From NCBI GenBank assembly GCA_965228735.1, contig OZ245838.1, forward strand, positions 1,408,001 through 1,472,000: a stretch of 64,000 nt of DNA. Direction: 5' to 3'. Numbering within the stretch: position 1 is the first letter of the stretch; each line of letters begins with the position of its first letter. Positions 30,644 through 40,888 of this stretch are shown here, piece by piece. Both the position numbers and the translations under genes were made by a program. The notes beneath the pieces are model-generated. The model worked only from the letters and a program-made list of their open reading frames with translations, was not told the DNA's origin and did not search any database. The DNA is from Planctomycetota bacterium. GTDB lineage: Bacteria > Planctomycetota > UBA1135 > UBA2386.

Positions 30644-31864
30644 ATGCACGTCGTTCTCGTCGAACCTGCCTTCCCAGCCAACCAGCGCGAGTTCCTGCGC
30701 GGCCTGCTCTCCACGGGCGCGCGCATCTCCGCGATCAGTGAGCGGCCACCCGAGGCGTTGCCCACCGACCTCCGAGAAGGACTGTTCCAGCACGAACGCA
30801 TCCGGTCCGTCGTCGACGAACGCGCGCTCGCCGACGCGGTCAAACGGTTGTCACAGCGCGCGCGCGTCGACCGACTCGAGGCGACGATCGAGGCCCACGT
30901 GATGGCCGCGGCCCACGTACGCGAGCACCTCGACATCCCCGGCACGACGAGCAAGACGGCGTGGCTCTGCCGCGACAAGCCGGCGATGAAGGACGCCGTT
31001 CGCGAAGCCGGGATCGCGTGTGCCGCGAGCGCGCGCGTGACGAGCCCCGAGGACGCGCGCGCGTTCGCCGAACGCGAAGGCTACCCGTTGATCCTCAAGC
31101 CGCTCGACGGCGCCGGCGCGTCCGGCACGCACAAGGTCGACGACGTCGACCAGCTCGAGTCGGTGATCGCGGAGCTCGGCGTCGACCGCGGGCGCGAGGT
31201 CGCGATCGAGGAGTTCCTGTCCGGCCACGAGGGTTTCTACGACTCTCTCTGCGTCGCGGGGAAGCCGGTGATCGACTTCGCGTGTCACTACTTCCCCAAC
31301 GTGCTCGAGGCGATGCGCACGCGCTGGATCTCGCCGCAGATCCTCGTGACGAATCGCATCGGCGAATCGACCTACGAAGAACTGCGTACGATGGGTCAGG
31401 CCGCGATCTCGGCGCTCGGCATCTGGACGTCGGCAACGCACATGGAGTGGTTCTTCGGCGAGAAGGGCCTGAAGTTCTCCGAGATCGGCTGCCGCCCGCC
31501 GGGCGTCGGCGTGTGGGACCTCTACTGCTCGGCCAACGAATTCGATCTCTACGCGGCGTGGGGCCACGCGATCGTGCACGAGGACGTGCCGTTCGAACCG
31601 TCGCGCAAGTACGCCGCCGGGATGATCGCGCTGCGCCCCGAGAAGGACGGGACGATCACGGGCTACGACGGGCTCGACGAACTGCAGCGCCGCTACGGCG
31701 AGTGGATCCTCGACGTGCACACGCCGCCGCCGGGCACCAGGACGCAGGGCGTCGAGGCGGGCTACATGGCCAACGCCTGGATCCGCATGCGGCACCCGGA
31801 CTACGACGCGCTGCGTTCGATGTTCGATACCGTCGGCGAGTTGGTGAAGGTGCGCGCGCGCTGA
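30644..31864 (+). CDS. ATP-grasp ligase (paralog 3)
   Basis: CRDKPAMK, GYPLILKPLDGAGA, IEEFLSG, THMEWF, SEIGCRPPG. Confidence 0.88.
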   Translation: MHVVLVEPAFPANQREFLRGLLSTGARISAISERPPEALPTDLREGLFQHERIRSVVDERALADAVKRLSQRARVDRLEATIEAHVMAAAHVREHLDIPGTTSKTAWLCRDKPAMKDAVREAGIACAASARVTSPEDARAFAEREGYPLILKPLDGAGASGTHKVDDVDQLESVIAELGVDRGREVAIEEFLSGHEGFYDSLCVAGKPVIDFACHYFPNVLEAMRTRWISPQILVTNRIGESTYEELRTMGQAAISALGIWTSATHMEWFFGEKGLKFSEIGCRPPGVGVWDLYCSANEFDLYAAWGHAIVHEDVPFEPSRKYAAGMIALRPEKDGTITGYDGLDELQRRYGEWILDVHTPPPGTRTQGVEAGYMANAWIRMRHPDYDALRSMFDTVGELVKVRAR

Positions 31865-31997
31865 GGACCGACGCGCCGCCGACACGGCCGAGCGTACGAA
31901 CACCCGGGACCGTAGAACGGCCCGGGCATCATCCATCGCGGTCATTGCCCCCGAGTTCGTCCGTAAGCACCTCTCGATGGCGCGTCCGGCTCCTGCA

Positions 31998-32006
31998 GTG
32001 CTACAA
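31998..32006 (+). promoter_or_regulatory. Extended -10-like element GTGCTACAA, also at 34641-34649
   Basis: Identical 9-mer 37 and 39 nt upstream of the ATGs of the two PKD paralogs. Confidence 0.45.
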
Positions 32007-32043
32007 CAGTGGTCTGTCTCTTCCGCTCCAACTTCGTTTCATC

Positions 32044-34374
32044 ATGAGTGCGACACCTGTCCGTTTTCTCGTCCCGGCCATCCTGGCTGCGGGCCTCTCC
32101 TCGAGCCTCACGGCGCAATTCACCGTCGTCGTGCCCGACGGCACGGCCAACGCGCCGGGCAACTCCTCCAACGCGTTCCCCTGGGGCACCACCGCCGGGT
32201 CCTTCCCCGGTCTGCGGCTGATGGCGACCTACGGTGCAGTCAACTTCACCAACCAGGCCGTCAACTCGCCGATCCTGATCACGGGCGTCAAGTGGCGGCC
32301 GAACGACACCTCCGCGGCCGTCGGCGGCGGCCAGTTCAACGCCGGGACGATCGAGATGTCGACCTCGGCCGTCGGCCAGGCCAACGTCACGACCAACTTC
32401 GCCACCAACCACGGTGTGGATCGCACGGTCGTCTATGACGCGGCGGTCAACGGGCCGGTCGTGCACACGCCGTCGCCCGGCTCGGGGGCCTGGACGCCGC
32501 AGTCCTGGGTCGTCGACGTGACGCTCGCCACGCCGTTCCTCTACGACCCCACGTCCGGCGACCTCGTCGTCGACGTCGACTACCCGACCGGCAGCTTCTC
32601 CGGGGCGGGCGTCGGCCAGATGGACATCCAGTCGACGGGTAGCAACTCGTCGCGCGTCTTCGCCAGCACGAACTACCCGGCCGCCAACGGCACGACCTCG
32701 AACCACGGCCCGGTCATCGAGCTGACCTACGTGCCGCCCGTCGGCGTGTACGCGAACTTCAGCGCCAACGTGCAGACCGGCCCGTCGCCGCTGATGGTCA
32801 ACTTCACCGACACGAGCTTCAGCAGCCCCAACCCGATCACGTCGTGGGCCTGGGACTTCGAGAACGACGGCACCGTCGACTCGACCGCCCAGAACCCGTC
32901 GCACACCTACGCGTCGTGCGGCGAGTTCGACGTCAGCCTGACGGTCACCGACAGCCTGAACCAGTCCTCGACCCTGGTCAAGAACGCCTTCATCGCCGTC
33001 GACCCGCTCGCGGCCGACTTCACGGCGACGCCGACGTTCGGCGCCGAACCGCTCATCGTGAACTTCACGGACACGTCGACCGGCGGGTCCGCGGTCCCGA
33101 TCATGTGGGAGTGGGACATGGACGGCGATGGTGTCTTCGACATCATGGGCACCACGCCAGCCGAGCAGAACCCCGTCTGGGTCTACCTCGGCGGCACCTA
33201 CACCGTCACGCTCCGCACGACCTTCGCCTGCACGAGCGGCGTCGGTGTCGTAACGGAGACCAAGACCGACCTGATCACGTGCGTCGGCGCGACGACCAAC
33301 ACGCAGGGCGCGGACCTCTTCGAGTTCCAGTTCAACGAAGTGCGCGGCGACCAGGCCTTCAACGCCGCGTCGACGACCGCGGCGCCGGCGTCGGCGACCG
33401 TCAGCTCGACGACCTGGCAGGTCGACCCGGGCCGCCTGGACTTCAAGGGCGACGGCCCGACGGGCGCGCTCGGCAACGGCGGCCTCGTCGCGACCGGCCA
33501 CGCGCTCGATCAGCAGGGCAGCATGACGATCTGCTGGTGGCAGCGCCTGAACACGCCCCCGGGCGCCTCGCTCGCGTACGTGTTCGGCGGCTCGGGTGGC
33601 AGCTTCCGCTGCTTCACGGGCGGCGTCGCGGGGAACACCCTGTGGTACCGCGGCAGCTCCATCGGTGACGTGCAGGCGAGCTACGACGTCCAGGCCAACG
33701 CCGGCGTCTGGGAGCACGTCGCGCTCGTCGTCGACGACACCGCGGGCACGGCCGACTGGTACTTCAACGGCGTGTTCGACACGTCGACCGCGTTCCCGGC
33801 CGGCACCCACACGGCGACCAACACCGACTACCACGTCGGCTACCACACGAGCACCGCGTCGATCTACACCTCGGGCTACGACCTGGACGACTACCGGCAC
33901 TACAACAACGCCCTGACCGCGACCGAGATCGCGGCCATCGCGTCCGGGACCGAGCACGCCGCGAGCACGAACTACGGCAGCGGTTGCGCCGGTTCGGCGG
34001 GCACCCCGTCGATCTCCGGCAACGAAGCGCCGGACGGCAGCGGCCCCATCGGCACGCCGACCTACAGCGTCAACCTCAGCGGCGCCCAGCCGAACGCCGG
34101 TGCGTTCCTCGCGTTCGGCTTCCTCGCGGGCAGCAACCCGCTGCTGCCGTTCGACCTCGGCGCGGTCCTCGGTGCCCCCTACGCGGGTTGCGAGATCCAC
34201 ACCGACGCGAGCTCGGCGCTGTTCCTCCTGACGGATGCCTCCGGCTCCGCGTCGGTGCCGCTGCCGATCCCGGGCAACGGTCAGTTCACGCAGCTGCACA
34301 TCTACTGTCAGTACATGGTGCTCGACAGCACCGTGGGCTCCGTTTCGGACGCCCTCGACGTCAACATCAAGTAG
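32044..34374 (+). CDS. Exported protein: N-terminal beta domain, 2 PKD domains, LamG-like domain, conserved C-terminal domain
   Basis: Signal peptide; PKD motifs VNFTDTS...WAWDF..DG...QNP; LamG-like WEHVALV...LDDYRHYNNALT. Confidence 0.85.
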   Translation: MSATPVRFLVPAILAAGLSSSLTAQFTVVVPDGTANAPGNSSNAFPWGTTAGSFPGLRLMATYGAVNFTNQAVNSPILITGVKWRPNDTSAAVGGGQFNAGTIEMSTSAVGQANVTTNFATNHGVDRTVVYDAAVNGPVVHTPSPGSGAWTPQSWVVDVTLATPFLYDPTSGDLVVDVDYPTGSFSGAGVGQMDIQSTGSNSSRVFASTNYPAANGTTSNHGPVIELTYVPPVGVYANFSANVQTGPSPLMVNFTDTSFSSPNPITSWAWDFENDGTVDSTAQNPSHTYASCGEFDVSLTVTDSLNQSSTLVKNAFIAVDPLAADFTATPTFGAEPLIVNFTDTSTGGSAVPIMWEWDMDGDGVFDIMGTTPAEQNPVWVYLGGTYTVTLRTTFACTSGVGVVTETKTDLITCVGATTNTQGADLFEFQFNEVRGDQAFNAASTTAAPASATVSSTTWQVDPGRLDFKGDGPTGALGNGGLVATGHALDQQGSMTICWWQRLNTPPGASLAYVFGGSGGSFRCFTGGVAGNTLWYRGSSIGDVQASYDVQANAGVWEHVALVVDDTAGTADWYFNGVFDTSTAFPAGTHTATNTDYHVGYHTSTASIYTSGYDLDDYRHYNNALTATEIAAIASGTEHAASTNYGSGCAGSAGTPSISGNEAPDGSGPIGTPTYSVNLSGAQPNAGAFLAFGFLAGSNPLLPFDLGAVLGAPYAGCEIHTDASSALFLLTDASGSASVPLPIPGNGQFTQLHIYCQYMVLDSTVGSVSDALDVNIK

Positions 34375-34688
34375 GACTCGCGTCCTGCCGACCGCGCGCG
34401 CCGACCGGCGCGCGCCTCACGGGCTCGATCGTGCGACGCGCACGCTCGGGCCCGTTCCACGTCCGGCTGCTTCGATTCGGCCGCTGCCGTCGGCGATCGC
34501 TCGTCAGCTCGCGAACCGACACCCGTGGCGACCCGCGTGACGATTCACCCAGGACCGAAAACCCGGCGATTCGCGGCCGCTTGCGGACTTGCCCCGAAGT
34601 TGTCCAAACGGTTCAACCTGCGCACGACTGCGCAACGGGGGTGCTACAAGAGCCGCTCGTAACCTTCCACGCTCCCCATCAGAACACC

Positions 34689-36812
34689 ATGAGTGCGACA
34701 CCCTTCCGACTCCTCGCTTCCACCGCCCTGCTGACCGCCGGGCTCGCCACCGGGCTCGACGCGCAGCAGACCGTCGTCATCCCCAACGGCATGGCCAACG
34801 CTGCCGGCAGCACGGCCAACAACTTCCCCTTCGGCTACACGGGCACCGCGTGGCCGGGCCTGCGCACGATGGCGTGCTACGACACGTCGCACTTCACGCA
34901 GCAGGGCATCAACCAGCCGATTCTGATCCAGTCGATCTCCTGGCGCGCCAACGACACGACGGCGTCCTGGACCGGCGGCACGCACCCGAACGCGACGATC
35001 GCGATGGCGAGTGCCGCGGTCGACTACACCGCGGTCACGACCACCTTCGCGTCGAACGTCGGCCCGGACTACGCGGTCGTCTACACCGGTCCCGTCACGG
35101 TCACGGCCGGCGCGGGCGCCGGCACGGGCACGCCGTCGCCGTTCTACATCACGGTGCAGATCCCCGGCGCGGGCTTCCTCTACGACCCGACCGCGGGCAA
35201 CGACCTGATCGTCGACTGTGACAACATGCTCGGCGGCTGGTCCGGCGGTTCGACGACCTCGCACGATGTCGACGGCAGCCCCAGCGCGATGGCGAGCCGC
35301 ATCTATGCGAGCTCGAACTACCCGACGGCCAACGGCACGACCCAGAACCACGGCATCGTGATCGAACTCGGCTACGTCCCGGCCTCGGGTCTCTACGCCA
35401 ACTTCGACTCGGACGTCCAGACCGGCAGCTCGCCGCTGACGGTGAACTTCACCGACACGTCGTTCACGAGCACGCCGACCGGCGTGACCACGTGGGCGTG
35501 GGACTTCGAGAACGACGGCACGATCGACTCGACGCTGCAGAACCCGTCACACGTCTACCCGGCGTGCGGTTCGTACGACGTCGCGCTGACCGTCGACGAC
35601 GGCGTCTTCCCGACCTCCACGATCGTCAAGAACGCGTTCATCCAGCCGGACCTGGTGCCGATCACCCCGAGCTTCTCGGTCACGCCGATCGCGGCGAACG
35701 TCTACCAGTTCATGGACACGTCGACCCCGACGCCCACGGCGTGGGAGTGGGACTTCGACAACGACGGCATCGTCGACTCGACGGGTCAGAACCCGGCATG
35801 GGCATTCCCGTCGCCGTGCGGCGCCGAGGAGATCCGCCTCGCGGTCTACAACCAGTGTCACGGCCCGTGGGAGACCGTGCAGTCGCTCGCGATCGCGCCC
35901 AACACGTTCTCGACGACGTTCGTGCCGAACAACGGTCTCTCCGGCAACGGCGCCGGCAACCTGTTCGACATCGACGTCACGAACCCCCGCGGCGTGAACA
36001 TCTGCGGCCTCACTCTGACGCCGTACTCGACGACTGCCGGCAACCCGATCACGTGTGAGGTCTGGGTGACCGACGCGCCCGGCGGCGTGCAGGGCAACTA
36101 CAACGACCCGAGCGTCTGGCGCCTGATGACGACCGGCTCCGGCATCGACACCGGCACGACGGGCGCGCTGACGGCCTTCGACCTCAACCAGCCGCTCTAC
36201 CTGCCGTTCGGCCAGTACGCGATGGCGATCGGCACGAGCCAGGGCCTGCGTTACCAGACGCTGAGCGCCGGCCCGACGACGGTCGTCGGCCCGGACTTCA
36301 CGATCACGGCGGGCCGCAGCGCTTCCACGCTGTTCACGGCCGGCATCGACAACCGCGCCATCTGCGGCGAGCTGGCCTACAGCATCGCGGGCGGCGGCGA
36401 CCTCGCGGGCTTCGGCCTCGAGGGCATCGGTTGCCCGGGCTCGCTGGGTCAGTCGACGATCACCGCGAGCGGCCCGCCCCAGATCGGCACGACCTTCACG
36501 GTCACGGTCGACAACCTGCCAGCCAACGCCGCGATCCTGATGACCGGCTTCAGCAACACGACGTCGGTGCTCGGCAGCCTGCCGCTCAGCACTGCGCCGT
36601 TCGGCGCCCCCGGCTGCGCGCTCAACATCAGCCCGGACGTCAACACGTTCCTGGCCGGCACGGGCAACACCGTGAGCTCGAGTCTGACGATTCCGGCCAA
36701 CGCGGTGCTGATCGACGTGCTGATGTTCCAGCAGGCCGTCGTCCTCGACCCGGGTTTCAACGCCGCCAGCGCAGTCGGCTCGGACAGCTCCGCGGTCTAC
36801 GTGGGCCTGTAG
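34689..36812 (+). CDS. Exported PKD-domain protein, paralog of 32044 with a different middle domain
   Basis: Same N-terminal domain (NNFPFG...GLR, FLYDPT) and PKD; then a GNLFDIDV domain and the conserved C-terminal domain. Confidence 0.85.
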   Translation: MSATPFRLLASTALLTAGLATGLDAQQTVVIPNGMANAAGSTANNFPFGYTGTAWPGLRTMACYDTSHFTQQGINQPILIQSISWRANDTTASWTGGTHPNATIAMASAAVDYTAVTTTFASNVGPDYAVVYTGPVTVTAGAGAGTGTPSPFYITVQIPGAGFLYDPTAGNDLIVDCDNMLGGWSGGSTTSHDVDGSPSAMASRIYASSNYPTANGTTQNHGIVIELGYVPASGLYANFDSDVQTGSSPLTVNFTDTSFTSTPTGVTTWAWDFENDGTIDSTLQNPSHVYPACGSYDVALTVDDGVFPTSTIVKNAFIQPDLVPITPSFSVTPIAANVYQFMDTSTPTPTAWEWDFDNDGIVDSTGQNPAWAFPSPCGAEEIRLAVYNQCHGPWETVQSLAIAPNTFSTTFVPNNGLSGNGAGNLFDIDVTNPRGVNICGLTLTPYSTTAGNPITCEVWVTDAPGGVQGNYNDPSVWRLMTTGSGIDTGTTGALTAFDLNQPLYLPFGQYAMAIGTSQGLRYQTLSAGPTTVVGPDFTITAGRSASTLFTAGIDNRAICGELAYSIAGGGDLAGFGLEGIGCPGSLGQSTITASGPPQIGTTFTVTVDNLPANAAILMTGFSNTTSVLGSLPLSTAPFGAPGCALNISPDVNTFLAGTGNTVSSSLTIPANAVLIDVLMFQQAVVLDPGFNAASAVGSDSSAVYVGL

Positions 36813-36893
36813 TTCGAGTCCCCCCTTCGGGCCGGCCCGCGATCCGGGTCGGCCCAATCCCGATCGGGCGCACCCCGATCCGTCGCCCGCCGA

Positions 36894-37649
36894 TCAGGCG
36901 AGCCGCAAGCGGAAGCGCCGAACCGCGACTTCCTCGCCGCCGCCCGCGCGCCGCATCGCCAGCGCTCCCACGAAGTCGGGGCCCGGCGACACGTCGAGCA
37001 TGCGCCAGGCATCGGGCTGCTCGTCGCCCTCGCGGCACGCGCAGAGCCTCGGCTCCTCGTCGATGCTGACGTCGAACGTGTCGAGCCCCATCGTCAGGCC
37101 CTCGCCGAGCGCCTTGATGTAGGCCTCCTTGCGGGTCCAGCAACGATAGAACGCGAGCAGGCGCGCCTGGTCATCGAGCCTCTCGAGACCGTCGAACTCC
37201 GCGGCCGAGAAGTGCCGGCGCGCGATCTCGCGGTAGCTCTCGAGGCGGCGCAGCTTCTCGCAGTCGACGCCGAGCTCGGTCGCCGCGACGCCGATCAGCG
37301 TCAGCTTGCCCGAGTGCGACAGACTGAAGAACGGCGCGCCGTCGCCCTCGAGATACGGCTTGCCCTTCGGCCCGAGGCGGAACTCGAGGTCCGCGGGCGC
37401 CTTCCCGACGTAGCCCGCGAGCACGTGGCGCAGCGCCCCGTGCGTGATCTCGTAGCGCCGCCGATGGTCCGCGAAGTGAAAGCGCCCGGCGCGTTCCCGT
37501 TCGCCCACGGACAGCGGCGCCAGGAACGGCTCGGGGTCGCCGTCGAGCGGCACGGCCCACAGGTGCACCGCGACGCCCGCAGCCGCCGACAGTTCGAATC
37601 GGCCCGGGGCGGTCGCACCGAAGTCGTCGAACAGGGCGATCTCGTCCAT
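36894..37649 (-). CDS. Sfp-type 4'-phosphopantetheinyl transferase
   Basis: ERERAGRF, GKP, FSLSHSG, LGVDCE, FYRCWTRKEAYIKALGEGL. Confidence 0.93.
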   Translation of the reverse strand: MDEIALFDDFGATAPGRFELSAAAGVAVHLWAVPLDGDPEPFLAPLSVGERERAGRFHFADHRRRYEITHGALRHVLAGYVGKAPADLEFRLGPKGKPYLEGDGAPFFSLSHSGKLTLIGVAATELGVDCEKLRRLESYREIARRHFSAAEFDGLERLDDQARLLAFYRCWTRKEAYIKALGEGLTMGLDTFDVSIDEEPRLCACREGDEQPDAWRMLDVSPGPDFVGALAMRRAGGGEEVAVRRFRLRLA

Positions 37650-37670
37650 TCGGTCGCTGAACGTAACCGC

Positions 37671-40565
37671 TCAGCGCGGCAACGCCAGCCGGAACGGGCC
37701 GGCCGGGAGCCCGGCCGCATTGCGCAGGTTGGCATCGGGCACAGCAGTCCACGCGTAGCGCACGGCAACCGGCGCTTCGATGCCGGCCGCCTTCACCTCG
37801 ACGAGATCGGCGGCGACGACCCGTGCGGTCGCCGGCACGAACTCCGATCGCCCCCGCGCGCGGACCTCGAAGCCGCTGACGGCACCATCCGCAGCGAGCG
37901 GGCTCGCGCTCGCCGCGAACCGCACCAGCAGCGCCTCGCCCGTCGCCTCGAGGCCGACCGCGACCGGGCCGTCGCAGACGACGTTCTCACCGTAGCAGTG
38001 CCGCAGCGCGTGCAGCGCCAGCCGCTGGCCGACCGCCTGCTTGTTGCGCGGATGGATGTCACGCGCGTTGCCGATGTCGAGCGTCACGACCATCCCCGTC
38101 CGCGGCAGCCGCAGCGCCTGCGTCTGCGCCCAGCGCAGATCGACGCCGCCGAGACGTTCGCCGGCGTAGGAGAACGGCGCGATCTGGACGAAGTAAAACG
38201 GCAGGTCGCGGCCGAAGTGGTGCCGCCAGTCGCGGATCATCGCGGGGAAGAGCCGTTCGTACTGCGCGGCCCGCAGCCGGTTCGACTCACCCTGGTACCA
38301 GATCGCGCCGCGGAACGGGAACGGGGCGAGCGGCGCGATCATGCCGTTGAACAGGACCGTCGGGCGGTTGGGGCCGGCCGCGCGTCGCGGCCACGCCGGC
38401 AGATCGGCGATCGCCGGGCCACGCGCGCGCCGCCACGAACCCGCGAGTTCGATCTTCACCTCGGGCGCCCCGCTCGTCGTGATGAGCTGAAGCGCTGCTG
38501 GCGCCGCGGTGAAGCCGCCTTCGCCGCCGGTGTCGACGACCCGCACGATGATCTCGAGCTCCGCGCGTGCTCCGACCAGCGCGCCCGGGATCGCGTACTG
38601 GCGCGGCGTCGACCACGCCCCGTCGCGCTCGAGCCCGCCGATGCGCTGACCGTTGCACCAGGCCGTGTCCATGTCGTCGACCGCGCCGAGGTCGAGCCGC
38701 AGGTCGCGACCGCGCAGGACGTCGGGCACGGGCAGGACCTGGCGATAGAACGCGACGCCATCGAAGTCGCCGAGGCCGCTCTCGGACCATCGGTCGGGCA
38801 TCTCGACGAGTTGCCACGCGGCGTCGCCCGGGGCCGGCACTCCGGGCACCGCGCTCCAGAACCGCTGCATCGCGGCGTCGCGACCGTCACCGGCAGCCAG
38901 CCGGCGGATCGCCGGCGCGAACTCGGGGAACGCGTCCAGACCCGGCGCGCTCGTCCACGCCTCGCAGATCGTCCCGCCCCACGCCGACACCACGAGACCG
39001 ATCGGACCGTGACCGCGCTGGAGCAGCTCGCGCGCGAAGAAGTACGCCGACGCCGAGAAGCCGCCGGCCGTCGCGGGCGAGCACACCAGCCACTCGCCCT
39101 CGATCGCGTCGAGCGGCACGGCGCTCGTCTTCTTCTGCACGGTGAACACGCGCAGCTCCGGGAAGTCGGCGGCCGCGACTTCCTGCTCCCAGTTCCTCAC
39201 GCCCTGGCGCCAACCGCTGTGCCGCCCGACCTCCATCTCCATGTTGGATTGCCCCGAGGCGAGCCACACGTCGCCGACGAGCACGTCGCGGATCGCGATC
39301 TGCTGATCGTCGCACGCCAACGTCAGCGAGTGCGCCCCGCCTTGCCCTGGGGTCACGACGGCGCAGCGCCAAGAGCCGTCGGCGGTGACCGTCGTCGTTG
39401 TCTCGGCGCCCCACGACGTCGTGACCGCAACCGGCGATTGCGCCGGCCCGTGGCCGCGCAGCATGATCGTCGCGTCGGCCGGCAGCACCATGTGATCACC
39501 GAACAGCGCCATCACGGTGAACGGGGTGACGGCGCGCTCGGCGAGCCGGGCGATCCGACCGTTGCTGCCACACGCGATCACCGTTCCGTCCGCCGCACGT
39601 TCGAGCGCGTGAAACCCCGTCGCGCCGAACGGCGCCCAGGTGCGGCCGCCGTCTCGCGACCGACTCGCGCCGTGCGACCCGACCGCGAGCACGGTCGATT
39701 CGTCGAGCCAGGCCACCGCGGAACGGAAGCCCCCGGCATTGCTGCGGGTCCACGTCGCGCCACCGTCCGCCGTCCACGCCGCGGTCCCGGCCGCGCGCTC
39801 GGGCTCGTCGTAGAGCCCGCCGACCACGACGCCGCGCCGGCCGTCGAACGTCACGGCGAACGCGCCGCCGGCCGGCGCGCCGTGCTCGAGCGGCAACCCG
39901 ACCGACTGCCAGCTGCGCCCGGTATCGCGACGCGAGAAGCAGCGCGCGCGGGCCCCGCCGGTCACGATTCGCGCGACCCCGGCCGTGACGTCGATGCACG
40001 AACCGCTCGCGGCGAACCCGTATTCGCCTTCGATCGCCTCGGGCAACCCGGTCACGGGTCCCCACGTGCGGCCACCATCGGTCGAACGCCGGACGTACAT
40101 CTGCCCGCCGAGCGGGTCACCGAACAGATAGCCCGTCTCCCCTTCGAACTCGATGCTGTCGAAGAACGCCGCCGGGTCGCGTTCGGCGTGCACGCGCTGC
40201 CACGACCCGCCGCCGTCCGTGGTGCGATAGAGGTGCGCGGGCTGCCCGGCGACCATCGCGACCGCCGTGCTGGCGTCGAACGCGTGCAGGTCGCGGAAGT
40301 CGAACCCGGCGACGCCTTCGACCCGCGGCGCGACGTTCGCGAACGTCGCGCCACCGTCACCCGAGCGCAGGATCGTGCCGCCCGTGCCACCCGCCCAGAT
40401 CGTGCTCCGGTCGACGACCGCGAGCGCGCGCAGGCTCAGGCCGGCGCGTTCATGGAGCACATCCCACGCCGGATCGCGCTGCGCCCCATCGGCCTGACCC
40501 GGCGCGGCGACAGCCAACAGAATCGCGCCCACGAGGCCGTTCGACAGCAGCGACGAGGTGTTCAT
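37671..40565 (-). CDS. Exported fusion: YCF48/BNR beta-propeller plus sialate O-acetylesterase (SGNH) with an inserted carbohydrate-binding-like domain
   Basis: Asp-box repeats (SGDGGATF, TTDGGGSW, STDGGRTW); esterase motifs GDVWLASGQSNM, WGGT, WYQGESN, DIHPRNK. Confidence 0.85.
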   Translation of the reverse strand: MNTSSLLSNGLVGAILLAVAAPGQADGAQRDPAWDVLHERAGLSLRALAVVDRSTIWAGGTGGTILRSGDGGATFANVAPRVEGVAGFDFRDLHAFDASTAVAMVAGQPAHLYRTTDGGGSWQRVHAERDPAAFFDSIEFEGETGYLFGDPLGGQMYVRRSTDGGRTWGPVTGLPEAIEGEYGFAASGSCIDVTAGVARIVTGGARARCFSRRDTGRSWQSVGLPLEHGAPAGGAFAVTFDGRRGVVVGGLYDEPERAAGTAAWTADGGATWTRSNAGGFRSAVAWLDESTVLAVGSHGASRSRDGGRTWAPFGATGFHALERAADGTVIACGSNGRIARLAERAVTPFTVMALFGDHMVLPADATIMLRGHGPAQSPVAVTTSWGAETTTTVTADGSWRCAVVTPGQGGAHSLTLACDDQQIAIRDVLVGDVWLASGQSNMEMEVGRHSGWRQGVRNWEQEVAAADFPELRVFTVQKKTSAVPLDAIEGEWLVCSPATAGGFSASAYFFARELLQRGHGPIGLVVSAWGGTICEAWTSAPGLDAFPEFAPAIRRLAAGDGRDAAMQRFWSAVPGVPAPGDAAWQLVEMPDRWSESGLGDFDGVAFYRQVLPVPDVLRGRDLRLDLGAVDDMDTAWCNGQRIGGLERDGAWSTPRQYAIPGALVGARAELEIIVRVVDTGGEGGFTAAPAALQLITTSGAPEVKIELAGSWRRARGPAIADLPAWPRRAAGPNRPTVLFNGMIAPLAPFPFRGAIWYQGESNRLRAAQYERLFPAMIRDWRHHFGRDLPFYFVQIAPFSYAGERLGGVDLRWAQTQALRLPRTGMVVTLDIGNARDIHPRNKQAVGQRLALHALRHCYGENVVCDGPVAVGLEATGEALLVRFAASASPLAADGAVSGFEVRARGRSEFVPATARVVAADLVEVKAAGIEAPVAVRYAWTAVPDANLRNAAGLPAGPFRLALPR

Positions 40566-40888
40566 GCCGCCGATGTAGCGGATCCACGGGCCCCTGCCCA
40601 GCGCGACGAAGCTCCGGCGCGACCGGGTTTTCCCGCGCGATGAGGACCGTTTCGACACGGGATGCGGGCCACGGCCGGCCGCTTTCGTCCCCCGCCGAGA
40701 CCGGCACGCATCCCGCCGTTCTGGCAAGCCAGGACGCCGCACGGCGACCCTGCTGCCGCTTCGCGGTCGATTCCCGACCCCTGTTTGGGTTCAGCGTCGC
40801 CCGCCATCGGCCGATCAGTAGGGATGAACCCACGCCCTGACACTTGCGTGACGTGAACACCGGGCGAACGTTCCACCACGACACACCA

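Noticed and set aside
36812..36893. GTTCGAGTCCCCCCTTCGG resembling a tRNA T-loop or att remnant, followed by degenerate CGATC repeats
   Set aside because: No T-stem 5' arm, cloverleaf, CCA end or integrase; the repeats are too short and irregular for CRISPR.
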